A DNA stretch of 64,000 nucleotides from Protoeuglena noctilucae (Eukaryota). The notes below the pieces were generated by a model that made no database searches, had not been told where the DNA came from, and saw nothing but the letters and a program-made list of their open reading frames with translations. The stretch lies in contig OY253679.1 of NCBI GenBank assembly GCA_958009085.1, forward strand, positions 434,001 through 498,000, read 5' to 3'. Both the position numbers and the translations under genes were made by a program. Shown one piece after another: positions 42,401-54,207 of this stretch (the first letter of the stretch is position 1; each line of letters starts with the position of its first letter).

Positions 42401-43403
42401 TCTCAACGGAGTGACGGTGGAGGGCGCCGGGGCGGACGGAATCGCGTGCGTGGGCGGGGGGTGCGCAGTGACGCTGGACGGCCCATGCGCGGTGCTGGGG
42501 TCGGGCGGGCACGGCCTGGTGTGCCGGGGCGGGGCGCGCATCGTGGCGGAGGGGGTGCAGGTCCGTAAGGCCTTCCTCAGCGGGGTCTTCTGCGAGGGCG
42601 AGAAGAGCGATATGGCGCTCACGGGGGCCTCGGTGGGGCCCGCGAGGGAGCACGGCGTCGAGTGCGCGACGGGGGGCCGCGTGTCAGCAGTGGAGACGGT
42701 GCTGATGGGATTCCGCCTGTGCGGGGCCGTGGCGTGGCAGGGAGGCGTGCTGGCCATGCGCGGCGTGCGGGTGGAGGGGTCCCAGTGCGCGCACCACGGG
42801 GTGTTCTGCAGCGAGGGTGGGAGGGCCGAGGTGCACGGCGGGTGCATCCGGGACTGTGGGAAGATCGGGGTGCACTGCAAGGGGGAGTCGAGCTCTGTCA
42901 CCGTCACGGACGGCCTGGTGACCGGGTGCCGGGAGGGCAGCGGCGTGGCGTGCTGGGAGCGGGGGTCGGTGGAGCTGCGTGCCACGCACGTGCTCGACTG
43001 CCGGCACAGCGGGGTGCTGGTGAGGGACCGGGGCAGCGTGGTCACGGTGGCGGGCGGCGTGGTGCAGAACGCCAGGGAGCACGGGGTGGAGTGCCTGGCG
43101 GGCGGGGAGGCCCGGCTCGACGACGTGCGCGTGCGCGAGTGCGGGCTGTGCGGCATCGCGAGCCGGGGGCGCGGGAGCCGCGTGACCGTGACGGGCGGGG
43201 TGATCGAGGAGGTCCGGGAGCACCACGGCGTGGCGTGTGCCCAGGGCGGGCACGTCAAGGTGCGGGGCGTGACCATCCGGCAGTGCCGGCAGTTCGGCGT
43301 CCTGCAAGGGGACCTGGGCAGCAGCGCCCACGTCGTCGGGTGCACCATCACCGACTGCGGGGAGGGCGCGCAGTTCGTGTCGAGCGGCTGCAACGTCGAC
43401 TGA
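39435..43403 (+). CDS. Multidomain protein: Ser/Thr kinase, C3HC4 RING, RBR RING2-like zinc domain, putative TM, Pro-rich linker and right-handed parallel beta-helix
   Basis: Exons 39435-39679, 39773-40363 and 40442-43403 join in frame through two GC-AG introns. Kinase motifs GWGGQG, VAVK, HRDVKPAN, DFG, SPE. RING CSLC...CSEGRHRLCGDC...CARC. Second zinc domain CPSC...CMVLWC...CGTAMCGWC...HVATC. C-terminal repeats of about 23-25 aa (GVxCxxGG). Confidence 0.8.
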
Positions 43404-43903
43404 GGGCCGAGAACAGGTGAGCGTTTTGTGCGCACCGTTCGCTGTTGCACGGGCTCAGGTGCTTGCATGTAGCGAGCGATGCCGCCCTACCGCGCCAGCA
43501 TAGTATTACATATCGGGCCTCCTGCGTTTGCCTGCAGATTAGTGGCATCCAAGCATGGAAGCCTTGAGCTCTACGCTCGCTGTCATCGTCAGTCTCTTTC
43601 GGTACAGTTTTGCTTGCATAGTGTGTTTAATACGTCCCATGGAAAGAAGTTTGAGATACAGTTTCCGTTTCCGCGCACTTGCGAACTCCTCTTGGTCAGC
43701 ATTTGCTGCAATCAGTCGCTTCATAGAACTGCCTCGGCACCGGTCGAGCAAAACAGCGCCGTTTATCTCGCGTCGAAGCTTGGCGTGCGTATGAACCAAG
43801 TCATCAAGTTCACAAACTGCGTTTGCGCTCGGCAACGTCACAGTAGTGTGGCCGCACAATGGGCGGCCATCGCGTCACTGCCTCGATGCCTCTCCGCCGC
43901 CCC

Positions 43904-46900
43904 TCAGCGGCCGACGGCCAGGCCCCCAATGCGCCCCGCAATGCTCACGTCGCTGGCCACACTCGCGGCGTCCGAGTCGGGCAAGAAGCCACCGAACTCC
44001 CCCGCCAAATCACCCACCCCGCTAGCCTGGGAGGAACAGGTATACGAGGGTCACCATTACTCGCTACACACCACAACAACCACCCCCGACCTTGCGCCGA
44101 TCCCACCACGCCACTCACCAGCGCCTGGCAGACCCACAGCCTCCCCTGCGCCTGCGCCGCCTGCCGCACCGCCGCCTCCTCCCTCCGCGACAGCGACGCC
44201 GCGGGGGCGAGCGCCGACGCAGCGCGGGACCCCGCTCCCAGGCCCGTGAGCATCGCGCGGCCAACAACGGGCTCTGCGACAACGGCAGGCGGTTCTTTTA
44301 CTGAACTGACGACGCAATCTGCCACACATATCTACACTTTCCACGCATGTCCATGCGCTGCTCACCCATCCTGCGCACGACCCCGCTTGAGAACCGCAGA
44401 CTCATGCTAGCCGCCCCCCCTGCGCCGCCCGCGTCCCCATCCGCTGCGCTGCCCGGATCCGCAGAGTGGCCCCGCTGCCCCCGGCGCCTGACGAGCATGG
44501 CGGCCCGGTGCAGCTCGGCGGCCTGGTGCCGCAGCCGCTTGGCCAGCGCCTCCAGGTCCGGCAGGGTCGTGTCCTCGTGGCGGTCCAGCAGGGCCCCGAA
44601 ACGACGCTGCTCGTCGCTGCAGGAGACGACAGGGGTGGGGGACATGTGAGAGAAGCGCCGATACGTGTGCGAGAGGCATACAGGCACACGGACGGTCGTA
44701 ACATGGATGGAGCGGCAGGGGCGTGACGGTCGCAGCCTCCCACCTCGGCACGTGTGGCAGCCCCGCCACCTCCTCCACGAGTGCGTCCAGGCGGGCCGAC
44801 AGCCGCCCCGCCTCCACCTCGGCTGCCGTGAAGCGATCCGCGAGCGCCGACTGCACCGCCCCCGCCTCCTCGGCCCTGGGCTGCAGCTCCTCCACCTTGG
44901 CAGCGCACTCGCGCGCCGACGCCGCCATTTGCGCGAACCGCTCCGTGAGCAGCGCCTCGGCGTGGCCCGCGAATGCCACGAAGGACTTCTTCAGCGCTGT
45001 GGCCGCCTCCACCTGCGCCCACGCACGCGAGTCACGCAAGGTCTATCGCAATCAGGGTGCCAGCGACATCTGAGCGAATCCCGCCAAGTGTCACTTGTGA
45101 GGTCTACCCTGTCGCAACCAGGGTGCCAGCAATGGATGTTCTCCTAACAACAGCCCGGCTGCCTCGGGGGCTCACCAGCGCCTTCCTGCCGTCCACGGAG
45201 TCCGAGTCGAGGTCGGCGGGGATGTCTGGCATGTCCGATGGGGCAGGCGGGCCCTGAAGCACGTCCTTGTACCGCAGGGCCACGGCGGTCAGCAGCTCGT
45301 CTTCCCTGCAATTCGACAGAACAGAGGAGGGCAGCTCGCGTTCGGCCGTCTGCTGCCAGCTCCAGCACAGGAGATCGATCGCAAACACGCATCAGCCCGC
45401 GCCACTCACCTCCCCTTGCTCAGTAGCCCCGGGCCGCCGCCCCGGCTCTTGCGTTCGGTGCTCTTCCGCGCCCCCGCGCGCGCGAGGGGGGACAGCGACA
45501 CCTCCCGCCCCCGCGCCCCCGGGCTGGCAGCGCCCCTCTCGCCCGCCGTCCCATCCCCAGCGGGGGAGGCGCGCGGGGGGGTGTCCCTCGAGACACTCGG
45601 CGCGGCGAGGGAGCCGCGGGCGGCGGAGGGACCCCGCGGGGAGAGGCACGCGGCCTCGTCGGCGGCCCAGGCCACGGCCGGGCGCAGGCACGCGGGGCGG
45701 AGGTCGTCGTCCAGGGCCAGCACCGCCGAGCCGGTGAGTTCGCTGCCGACGGAGGCGACGACGCGGAGGTCCGGGTCCGCGCAGAGCTCCTCGATGGACG
45801 GCTCCGGGAGGGCGCTGAGGGACGGGGGTGGCGCGGACCCGGGGGCGGCCTCGGCGCGGGCGACGCGGGTGAGGTACGAGGAGACGACGGGCATCCAGGG
45901 GAGCGTGACGCTGCGGAGAGGGCGCGGCATGCGGTCATTCCATGGGGTTGACCTGCTCTGCCCAGGCGAGTCCGCGTGGGCGTTGACGTGTGCCGCAGTG
46001 CCAGTTGTGCTGCCCAGTCTTACCTGTGCACGCCGTTAGGGTGCGCGACAAACACGCGCGAGGCCATGGCCCGGTCCGGCATCAGCACCACGCCCCACGA
46101 CTCCCCCGCTGCCACGTCCACGCCGTCGTCATCAGGGTCAGAACCGCCCAGGGGCATACCCAGGGCGTCGCCGCGAGTGGGGACCTCGATGGCCAGAGAC
46201 ACGGTGTCGATGAGCATGAGGGACGTCGGCGACGGGGCCGTGAGAGGGCCAGGCGAGCGCTGGGGGGAAGGGGGCTAGGAAGCGAGGCTCGGGGGCGCCG
46301 ACTAGGCGGAATGCAGTTGGGTCAGAGAGCAAAGGATCAAAGCATCTCTGCCGCTGAGCCCATCTCACCTGCGGGCACGCCCGGAAGGCGGGCAGGCACT
46401 CTCCCGCGAGGACGTGCGTGGTGACGGCGGCCTTTGAGGCCAGGACCACCGCGGTGCAGAGGTGGTGCTGCAGAACGACGGCGGCCTCCCAGGGCGCCTC
46501 TGAATTGGACGTCTCCTGGCCGTCGAACGACTGCAGCACGTCCAGGGGGCCTTGCAGGCACGGCACGTATGGGGCTGCGGGGGTCACGGGCGGTGGATGA
46601 CGTGGGTTGGCCAGGCAGCGCCGGCCACTCGCCCTTTCACCCTCGCTCCACGTCTCTTGCGCCAAGGTCACCTGCACGCCCCGGCAGCACGCAGACGCGG
46701 CCCCCCTCCTCAGCCAGGGCGTCCCCCAGCCACGCCAACCCCTCCCGGACCACGTCCGGCCCGGACCCCTCCGCGGCGTGCAGAGCGTCGCCCGCCTCCG
46801 CCAGGCTCTCCCGCATACCGTCCACGTCCGCGGGCGTCAGCGGCGCCCCCCCGGGGCACACGGGGCAGACGGCAAAGACGCGGCCGTCCCGGCACAGCAC

Positions 46901-48168
46901 CAGGACCGTGAACCGCGCCCAGGGGGCGGCCCCGGCCCCGCTGGGCGCCGCGAAGGCGAACGCGGCGGCCAGAGAGTGCCTGGGGGTTCCTGGGGTGCGC
47001 GACTGTGACCGCTGTCCCCGGGCACGCGACCCCGGCGATGGCCGACTGACAGCACCGGCGCGGGAGGGGGGCGTGAGGCCCAGAGACGCTCCGACGGGCG
47101 CGCCGGGCGGGGGGATCTCGAGGCGAAGCGCGAGCTCAGGTTCGTTGGGGGCGTGGAGGGCGTCAAACTGTGGTGCAGCAGACGGGGGGGCTGGCAGCCG
47201 TCGCGTCAAGGATGTACGAGGCACGGCGCTGGTCAGGCCGCGTGCATGCCAGTCACCATGAGCAGGGTGCCCCCTGACGTGAGGATGACGAGGTGGTGCG
47301 CTGACTGGGGGTGCCAGTCGGCCTGGAGGACGCGGAGGCCGGGGGCATGGCCGAAGAACCCCTGCCCGATGTCCGTGACACCCTTGAGCGTCTCCGTCAC
47401 CAGCCGTGGCCGGGAGTTCACCTCTGCAGGCGCGTTGGGGAGGCCTGTGCATGGTGAACCTGTGTCGGCGCTGAGCGCCCCTACACGGGGTGGCAGGTGC
47501 CGTGGCGTGACTTGCAAGGAGAAGTGGCACGATGCTCAGACGGACTTGAGCGCGTGCGGGCCATCGTGTCGAATGTCACGGCGTGGGCAGCGCAGGAGCA
47601 ACACCCACCCGTGCGGCGGGCCAGGTCGGTCCGCGAAAGGTCAAGCACGCGCACGCACGCGCAGTTGTCCGGACTGGAGTACCCGCACAACGCCACCAGG
47701 ACGCCCGACGGACTCGGCACAGCCAGCGTGACGCGGAACGGAGCGGCGCCCGGGGGAAGGCGGAGCGTGGTGCGCTCGCTGACGGGCTCCAGGCCCCTCT
47801 CGACAGCATCGCGAGCGAAGGAGCCGTACAAGAGCTCCTCCCGGAGGCGGACGCTGCGCAATCCTCCCCGGGCGTCTGCAATGAACAGGTCGCCCCCCAA
47901 GCTCGTCCTGCAGCCGAGGTAACGGGCGCGCGGTGGGAAGAGCTAAGCATGACTTTGTTAGAGCACGCATCGGGATGACATGCGGGATCTGAAACGGATC
48001 AGGGAGCGAAAGGGGGGGAACCGAAGGTGCGAGCACGCCACGGAGCGCGCTGGGCCCCTCGACCTCTGCTGCTCACCCCATGGTCTTGACAAACCCATGG
48101 TGGACGTCCTCCAGATCATCATCGCCGACATCGTCGATGGCGCCTGCGCCACGGAAGAAGGCCTCCAT
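43904..48168 (-). CDS. NUP88: Nucleoporin NUP88/MOS7 (Nup82)-like, multi-exon
   Basis: Propeller motifs SPSGVLVALCG, LRVLQADWHPQSAHHLVILTS and WARFTVLVLCRDGRVFAVCPVCP, plus a C-terminal coiled coil. Start exon MEAFF at 48168; stop at 43904. Confidence 0.78.
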
Positions 48169-48626
48169 CCTGTGGGGCACACAGCGCGGAAAACCAAGCC
48201 CCAACTGCGGGCTGCACCGCTCAGACACAGTCGTGACGTGGATAAAAGCATCGGCGCAGAGAACGCCCAGACGCCAAGCTGGGCGGGCACGTATGACGCC
48301 AGTCCCCTCGCAAGAGCCGCCGTGTCGAGGATGCGCGCACGCGATGGCCGTGTCGTGCATCCCACGTCAGTTTATGTCTTGTGGATTAGCTGGTCCTGGG
48401 GCTTGCCGGGACTCATCGGCCCTGGGCAGGTCACAGCAGGCCATCAGTCCCCCGCACGCGACGGTGACGGCGTCACACTACGTGAAGCCTTGCTTTTGTT
48501 TCCCCGGACTGTGATCTTGAATCCCCAACATCCCGTGGCACGAGTGGCTTGACGCCGGCTGCTGAGGTCTTCGGAGAAGCAGGGAGGCCCCCGTTCACCC
48601 CCTTGCGGGGGGCCAAGCCGCCGCGC

Positions 48627-51600
48627 ATGGCGATCGCGCTGGAGCTGACCTTTCAGGTCGTATACGGCCACACTCCTGACGAGCCCTTGTGCTGCCTCCT
48701 CACCATCTCAGGTGGGACCAGCATGGCACACGTCTCCAGGCTGTCTCGCGACGCGATCGCGGCCGTGCACGTCGCCCTTCCGTGCCTCTCACCATATATT
48801 GCCTTTGAGATTGCATATCTTGCCCTCCCGTCCGCCCTCCTGCTCGCGGGGCCTCCCAGACCCATGTCGCTTCCCGCCCGCAGGCTCCAAGGTCCTTTTG
48901 GACTGCGGTTGGGACGCGGCGTTCTCCGAGGAGTACGCGGACGCACTCCGACACATTGCGCCCGATGTCGACGCGGTCCTGCTCTCCCACGGCACCGTCC
49001 GGCACCTCGGCATGTTCCCCCGTGCCGTCGCCCAGGTCAGAGCTTGGCCCCGGGTTGCACCCCCGGAGCCCTGGCCGCAGCGGCTCGTGCGCTCCCGGTT
49101 CGCCGCCCACGCGCGTCGTCTCTGGCGTATCGCAGCTGGGCCTGTCGTGCCCCGTGTATGCCACTGTCCCCGTGCACCGGATGGGCCAGGTGGCGCTCTA
49201 CGAGGCGGTCATCTGCGGGAGGGACCGGGGCAGGGACATGCCGGGGACGGCGATGGAGGACGTGGATAAGGCATTCGCGACGGTGCAGACGGTGCAGTAC
49301 CAGCAGCCAGTCGTCATCGGGTGAGGGACCGGGACGGTGGCAAGTGACTGCCTGTGGCTGCACGTCAAAGTGACGCTAGGGAACCGGCCCTGGTTGCGCT
49401 GGTTTTTGCCGTGCTGCAGGACATCCCAGGTCCCTGTTAGCCACGGCTCCTCATCTTGCCCCCCGTCTGCACCCCTTATCCATCAACCGTCGCATCTCTG
49501 CCCTCCGCCCCAGGGACCCCGCCCGGGGCATCACGGCGACGGCTCACCCTTCCGGCCACAGCATCGGCGGCAGCGTGTGGTGCGTCAGCGTCCTGGGCGA
49601 GGACGTCATCTACGCCCCCACCTTCACGCACCGTCGCGGCGTGTTGCTGGAGGCGGCCAACCTCGAGGCCATCTCGCACAGGCGAGCGGGACGCACTGTG
49701 CAGTGATTCACTTCTTTGGATTCTCTGTGGTGCTGCCCTCGCATGGTCTCGCAAGTGCCCACCGCTCGCGTCACCGCGCGCCTCTTCCCCTCCACCCCCA
49801 GGCCCGCCGCCCTCGTGGTGGGCGCCCCCCTCTCCACGGGCCTCCAGACCGCCGCCTCGGACGCCCAGAGGGACCGCGCCTTCCTGGACGCAGTCGTCGG
49901 CACCCTCCGCGGGGACGGCAGCGTCCTGGTGCCCTGCGACGCGTCCGCGCGGGTCCTGGAGGTGCTCGCCCTGCTGGACGCGCACTGGCAGGCCAACCGG
50001 GAGCTGCACGTGTACAGGTCAGCGCGGGTGCACGGCCGCGGGGGCTGCAGGTGTCGTTCAGACTGACGCCCTTGGTATGATGGTGACATCACGCAACTGT
50101 GGGCCTGCCCTCGCAGCCTGGTCTTCCTGAGCCACACGTGCCGAGTGATGGTCGACTTCGCTGCCACCCAGCTCGAGTGGGTCCGCCAGGATCTCATCCG
50201 GGGATTCGGGGCGGATGACCGGGCCACACGGGGCCGGCAGAGGTGGGTGACAGCCGTGAGGCGTGCTGCAGGGCTGGCGGCGTGGAGACTCGCGCTGAGA
50301 GCAGGGCCACTCCTCACCCCCTGCAGGGACAACCCTCTGTCGTTCCGGCACGTGTCCCTGGCCACGTCGGTGGGGGAGGCCCTGGGGGAGGGCGGGGGAC
50401 AGCGGTGGCGGCAGGGGGTGTCGCGGGTGGTGGTGGCGACGCAAGAGGACCTCGAGGGTGGGATGGCGCAGGAGGTGTTGGAGAGGTGTGAGGCCGACTG
50501 CGTGTCTGCAGTTGCACAAGGTCCGGGTGCGAGCTGCAGGGCGGAGATGCGACGCGAGTGACCATCGGGTCCCTCACCCGCAGGTGGGCCGCCAGCCCCC
50601 GCAACCTGGTGGCGTTCCCGGGCCTGGCCCGCCGCAACACCACGGCCGCAAACGTCCTGGCCCGCGCCGCTTATGCCAAGGAGCAGACGGTGACGCTGCT
50701 GCTGCCGTCGACGGTGGAGATGCCCTCGCGGATGCCAGGCGGGGGTGGGGAGGGGGCCATGGCCGGTCAGGGTGGCGGGGAGGGAGCGGAGGGGGGTGAA
50801 GCGGCGGCTGCGGCGGGGGACGTGCACAGTCGCGTGGGGCGGCGGGCGATCGTCGGCATGTCCCTCCCTGTGCCTGGCCTGGACCTGGCCGGGGGCGAAG
50901 TGGACGTGGAGGTGATGCAGCGACTGCGCAGCTGGCACTGGTCGCTTACTGCCGGGGTTGATGCATTGGTATGTTATCTGGTAAACATGAGCGCGACTGC
51001 CGCCTGGCCATGGTCGCCCACTGCCAAGGACGATGCATTGGTCTGTTATCTCGTAAACATCTGCTCGCTTCCCTGCGTCTCAGATGGACCTGGGGGAGTC
51101 GCATGCGGGGACGAAGGTGCCAGGGGAGGGCCGCGTCAGGCGTGGGTACATCCCCGGGTGGGACTGCACAGTGCACGGGTTCGAGGTCCCCGCGGACGCC
51201 CTGGCGCCCATGTTCCCGGGCCCTGACGAGGACGCCGGGGCGGACAAGGTGCCTGGGCTGGGGTGCTCTGTGCGGGGTGGTCTGAGGCATTGGTGTCACT
51301 GCTGGCGCCCCACCCTGGGTCTGCGCGGCAGAGAGGTTCGTGTTTGAGCTTCCCGGCGCACTGCGCTGTCGATGATCGTCGCAGGAGTGGGACCTGTACG
51401 GGGAGTCGGTGCGGGAGGGGGAGTTTGCGATGCTGAGGGGCAGGGAGGCGCCGGCGCTGATGGAGGGCGCGGGGGGCGACGGGGCGCAGCTGGGGGCGCA
51501 GCTCGTCAGGCGAGAACCGGGAGGGTGGCCGCGGCCGGGGTTGGCGGAGCTTGCTGACACGTGACGCATCCCGCCAACCCATCCCCCTTGCAGCCTCCGC

Positions 51601-52625
51601 CGCGAGTGGGAGCGCGCCCGGCAGGCGAGCGCCATGCCCCCCGCCCCGCGCGACGTGGCGTTCCGCGCCCGCACCGCCGCCTTCGACTTCGCCGGCGCCT
51701 CGGACCCCGACTCAGTCGCGGCGCTTGTCACGCGAGTGGCGCCGCGCGCCGTGGTGGTGACGCACGGGGAGCCGGGGACGGTGCGGGACTTGAAACAGGT
51801 GTTGGTGCGGGCGCTGGCGGCGGGCAGGGCGGACGTCCGCGCCCCCACGAAGGGCGAGGCCGTGCCTTTGCACGCGGGGACGTGCGCGCTGCCCCTGGAG
51901 CTGCCGCCCGTGACCCTGGGGTCGCTGCGGATGCGGGCCGTGGGCAATTACGAGGTGGCGTTCGCGACGGGGGTGCTGCGGATGGAGGGGTCGGGGGTGC
52001 AGGCGGGGGCGACTGGCGGGGCGGGGCCCAAGGGAGAGGGCGCGGGGGCGGGGGCGGGCGTTGCGGCGAACGGGGGACCCCAACCGGGGCGTGCCGATGA
52101 GGCATTGCCCCGGCTGGTGGTGCTGGGCAGTGAGGAGGAGGCGGGGGAGGCGGCCGGGGGGGTGTTCATCGGGGACGTGAAGCTGTCGGAGCTGAGGCGA
52201 GTTTGCATGAAAATTATCCATGATATGATGTAATGCTGTTGGAAACTGAGGCACTTGGCATGGAAAAGACAGCCATCGACAAGTGTGGGTGGAGGCACGG
52301 AGCGGGGATAAAAGCAACGTGGCCATCGGTGACCGCCCTGGAGGCCCGGACGCAGGTCGGCGCTGTCTCTCCGCGGCATTCGGTCGGCGTTCGTCAAGGG
52401 CGCCCTCGTATGCGACGGCCGCATTGTCATCCACCGCAACGCCGACTCGGGTGCGTCATTGCAGCTCGGCTCAAGCAGCTGCGCCTCCCCCACGCTTGTG
52501 GCGGCAACGCACCCCAACGCCGGCCCCCGCTGCTCCTCGCAGGTGCTGTGGAGGTGGAGGGTCCACTGAGCGCCAAGTTCTACGAAATACGCGACGCCGT
52601 CTACGGGCAGTACTCCATCTGCTGA
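48627..52625 (+). CDS. CPSF2: Cleavage and polyadenylation specificity factor 100 kDa subunit (inactive MBL/beta-CASP), multi-exon
   Basis: VLLDCGW, DAVLLSH..RHLG, GLSCPVYATVPVHRMG, SGHSIGGSVW, GSVLVPCDASARVLE, FIGDVKLSEL and VEGPLSAKFYEIRDAVYGQYSIC*. Confidence 0.92.
50920..51060 (+). repeat. Intronic tandem duplication, two copies, period 72 nt, in CPSF100
   Basis: GATGCATTGGT(A/C)TGTTATCT(G/C)GTAAACAT occurs at 50960 and 51032 with similar upstream flanks. Confidence 0.8.
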
Positions 52626-52726
52626 CACGCCACACGACGTGCCCCGCCAGCGCCCTGCCAGCCTTCAAGCTCGCAGGCAGCTTGCGCCAGGCGCAGTGCG
52701 ATCGTGGGAATTGAACCATACTCCGC

Positions 52727-53991
52727 CTACCCCAGTGCCTCGCTGTCCAGGAAGGCCACCACGCGGTCCGCCAGCAGCTGCGTCTCCCGCGCCAGCAACA
52801 GCGCGGCCCCGGCAGAGACCACCTCCAGCGGCGAAGGGGACCCCCGGCCGCCGCCCGCGAAAGCCCCGCCGCTTCCCGCGTCGGGCGCGCAGGGCGTGAC
52901 GTGGCTCCCCGCCAGCTCCACCAGCGCGCAGTCGGCGGGGTTGCGCCCGCCGTCGATCAGCGCCCGCTGCAGCTTGCGGCTCTCGTCAATCGGGTCGTCC
53001 CGGAAGCGCACCAGCAGCGTGCGGGGCACCTGGTAGCTTGCGGAGATGAGGCGGAGGCTCTCCGCCGGGGGGGGCGTGAAGTCGCGGGTGCCGTCGCGTA
53101 TCTCATTCACCGCGTCCGGGATCTGGTCCAGGGCCGGCTGCAGGTCGGCGAGGATCTTCGGGTCGAGCCCCGCCCATGGCCCCGTGGGGGACAGCCCCTG
53201 GAGCTGGCGGAGGGCCTGCGTGAGGTCTGGGGACCTGCAGGGGGGAGAAGGCGCTGATGACCCGCGAGCACCTGGCGCCGCGAACACCAGCCCGCACCGA
53301 CCTGCAGCAGGCCGCACCTGACGCCCAGGCCCTCGAGCGTCGTCGCCACTGGGCCGATGTTGTCGAGGAAGCCCGGTATGGGCACAGCGTCCGCGACTTG
53401 CTTGTTGTTGAACGACATCACCACGTTCGCCGTCCGCCTCTCACTGTGGCCGTACAGCGACCCGGCCAACATGTGCAGCAGGCTCCCCTGGCTGTGCCCT
53501 ATGCCGAGCACGGGCGCCTCCCTCGGTGCCACGCTCGACCAGTCGGATGCCTCCAGCGCGGCGAGCGCAGACTGGAACTTGGTCCGCACCCGTGACGCGC
53601 AGTCCAAATGCTGCGCACAGCGAAGACCATCCGTGTGCCGCGCTTTTGTATCGAAAGCCCAGAGCTTGTCCATCCACGAGTAACTTGACAGGCCGTAGCG
53701 ACGCGGGGCGACCGAGCATCCAGTTGCTTGCAGTCGCCGCACCTTAAATGAGACCTTATAAGGCGTGCAGACCACCGTGTAGCCAGCATCGGCGACGCGG
53801 CGAATCAGTAAGGGATACGCGGCCTGGGGAAGCGCGCCAACGAACGCGCCACCGATGAAATGGACGATGCCGCGGGTGCGACGAGGTACAGATGTCAGTA
53901 CCGCACATCCTTCCACGGTCCGCGTCTGGATTGCATGGCAAACCGTGCTCCCCCCATGGCCCGCACTGGTTCCCGCCCGCCCCCCCCTCAT
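52727..53991 (-). CDS. DUF1350 family alpha/beta-hydrolase-fold protein (cyanobacterial/plastid type); start uncertain
   Basis: GIVHFIGGAFVGALPQAAY, TVVCTPY, nucleophile elbow GHSQG, NVVMSFNN, LLVRFRDDPIDES and GSHVTP. Confidence 0.82.
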
Positions 53992-54117
53992 CACACACGT
54001 CTGCACCTCCAAGGCTATCGCAGTTTGCCGCCCACGCTGCTCGTACGTATGGCGCTACTGTGCTTCCCATCCATGGCATTTGCGTTGATTATGACCCATC
54101 GGCAGTCACGGACTTGC

Positions 54118-54161
54118 AGGTCGTACCCTAGGTGAGGTCCTACCCTCTCAGGTCCTACCCT
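54118..54161. repeat. Three near-identical 12-mers AGGTC(G/C)TACCCT upstream of the DUF1350 gene
   Basis: Copies at 54118, 54135 and 54150. Confidence 0.7.
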
Positions 54162-54207
54162 TCAAATTAGCATCTGGCAACGACGTCACAATCGCGCATG
54201 CTGGCTC

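Noticed and set aside
39717..43468. Minus-strand ORFs of 389, 455, 302 and 432 aa opposite the kinase-E3 gene
   Set aside because: Antisense shadows expected from high-GC3 codon usage.
48900..49030. Degenerate metallo-beta-lactamase motif (SHGTVRHLG) as a pseudogene sign
   Set aside because: CPSF100 normally has a degenerate metal-binding motif.
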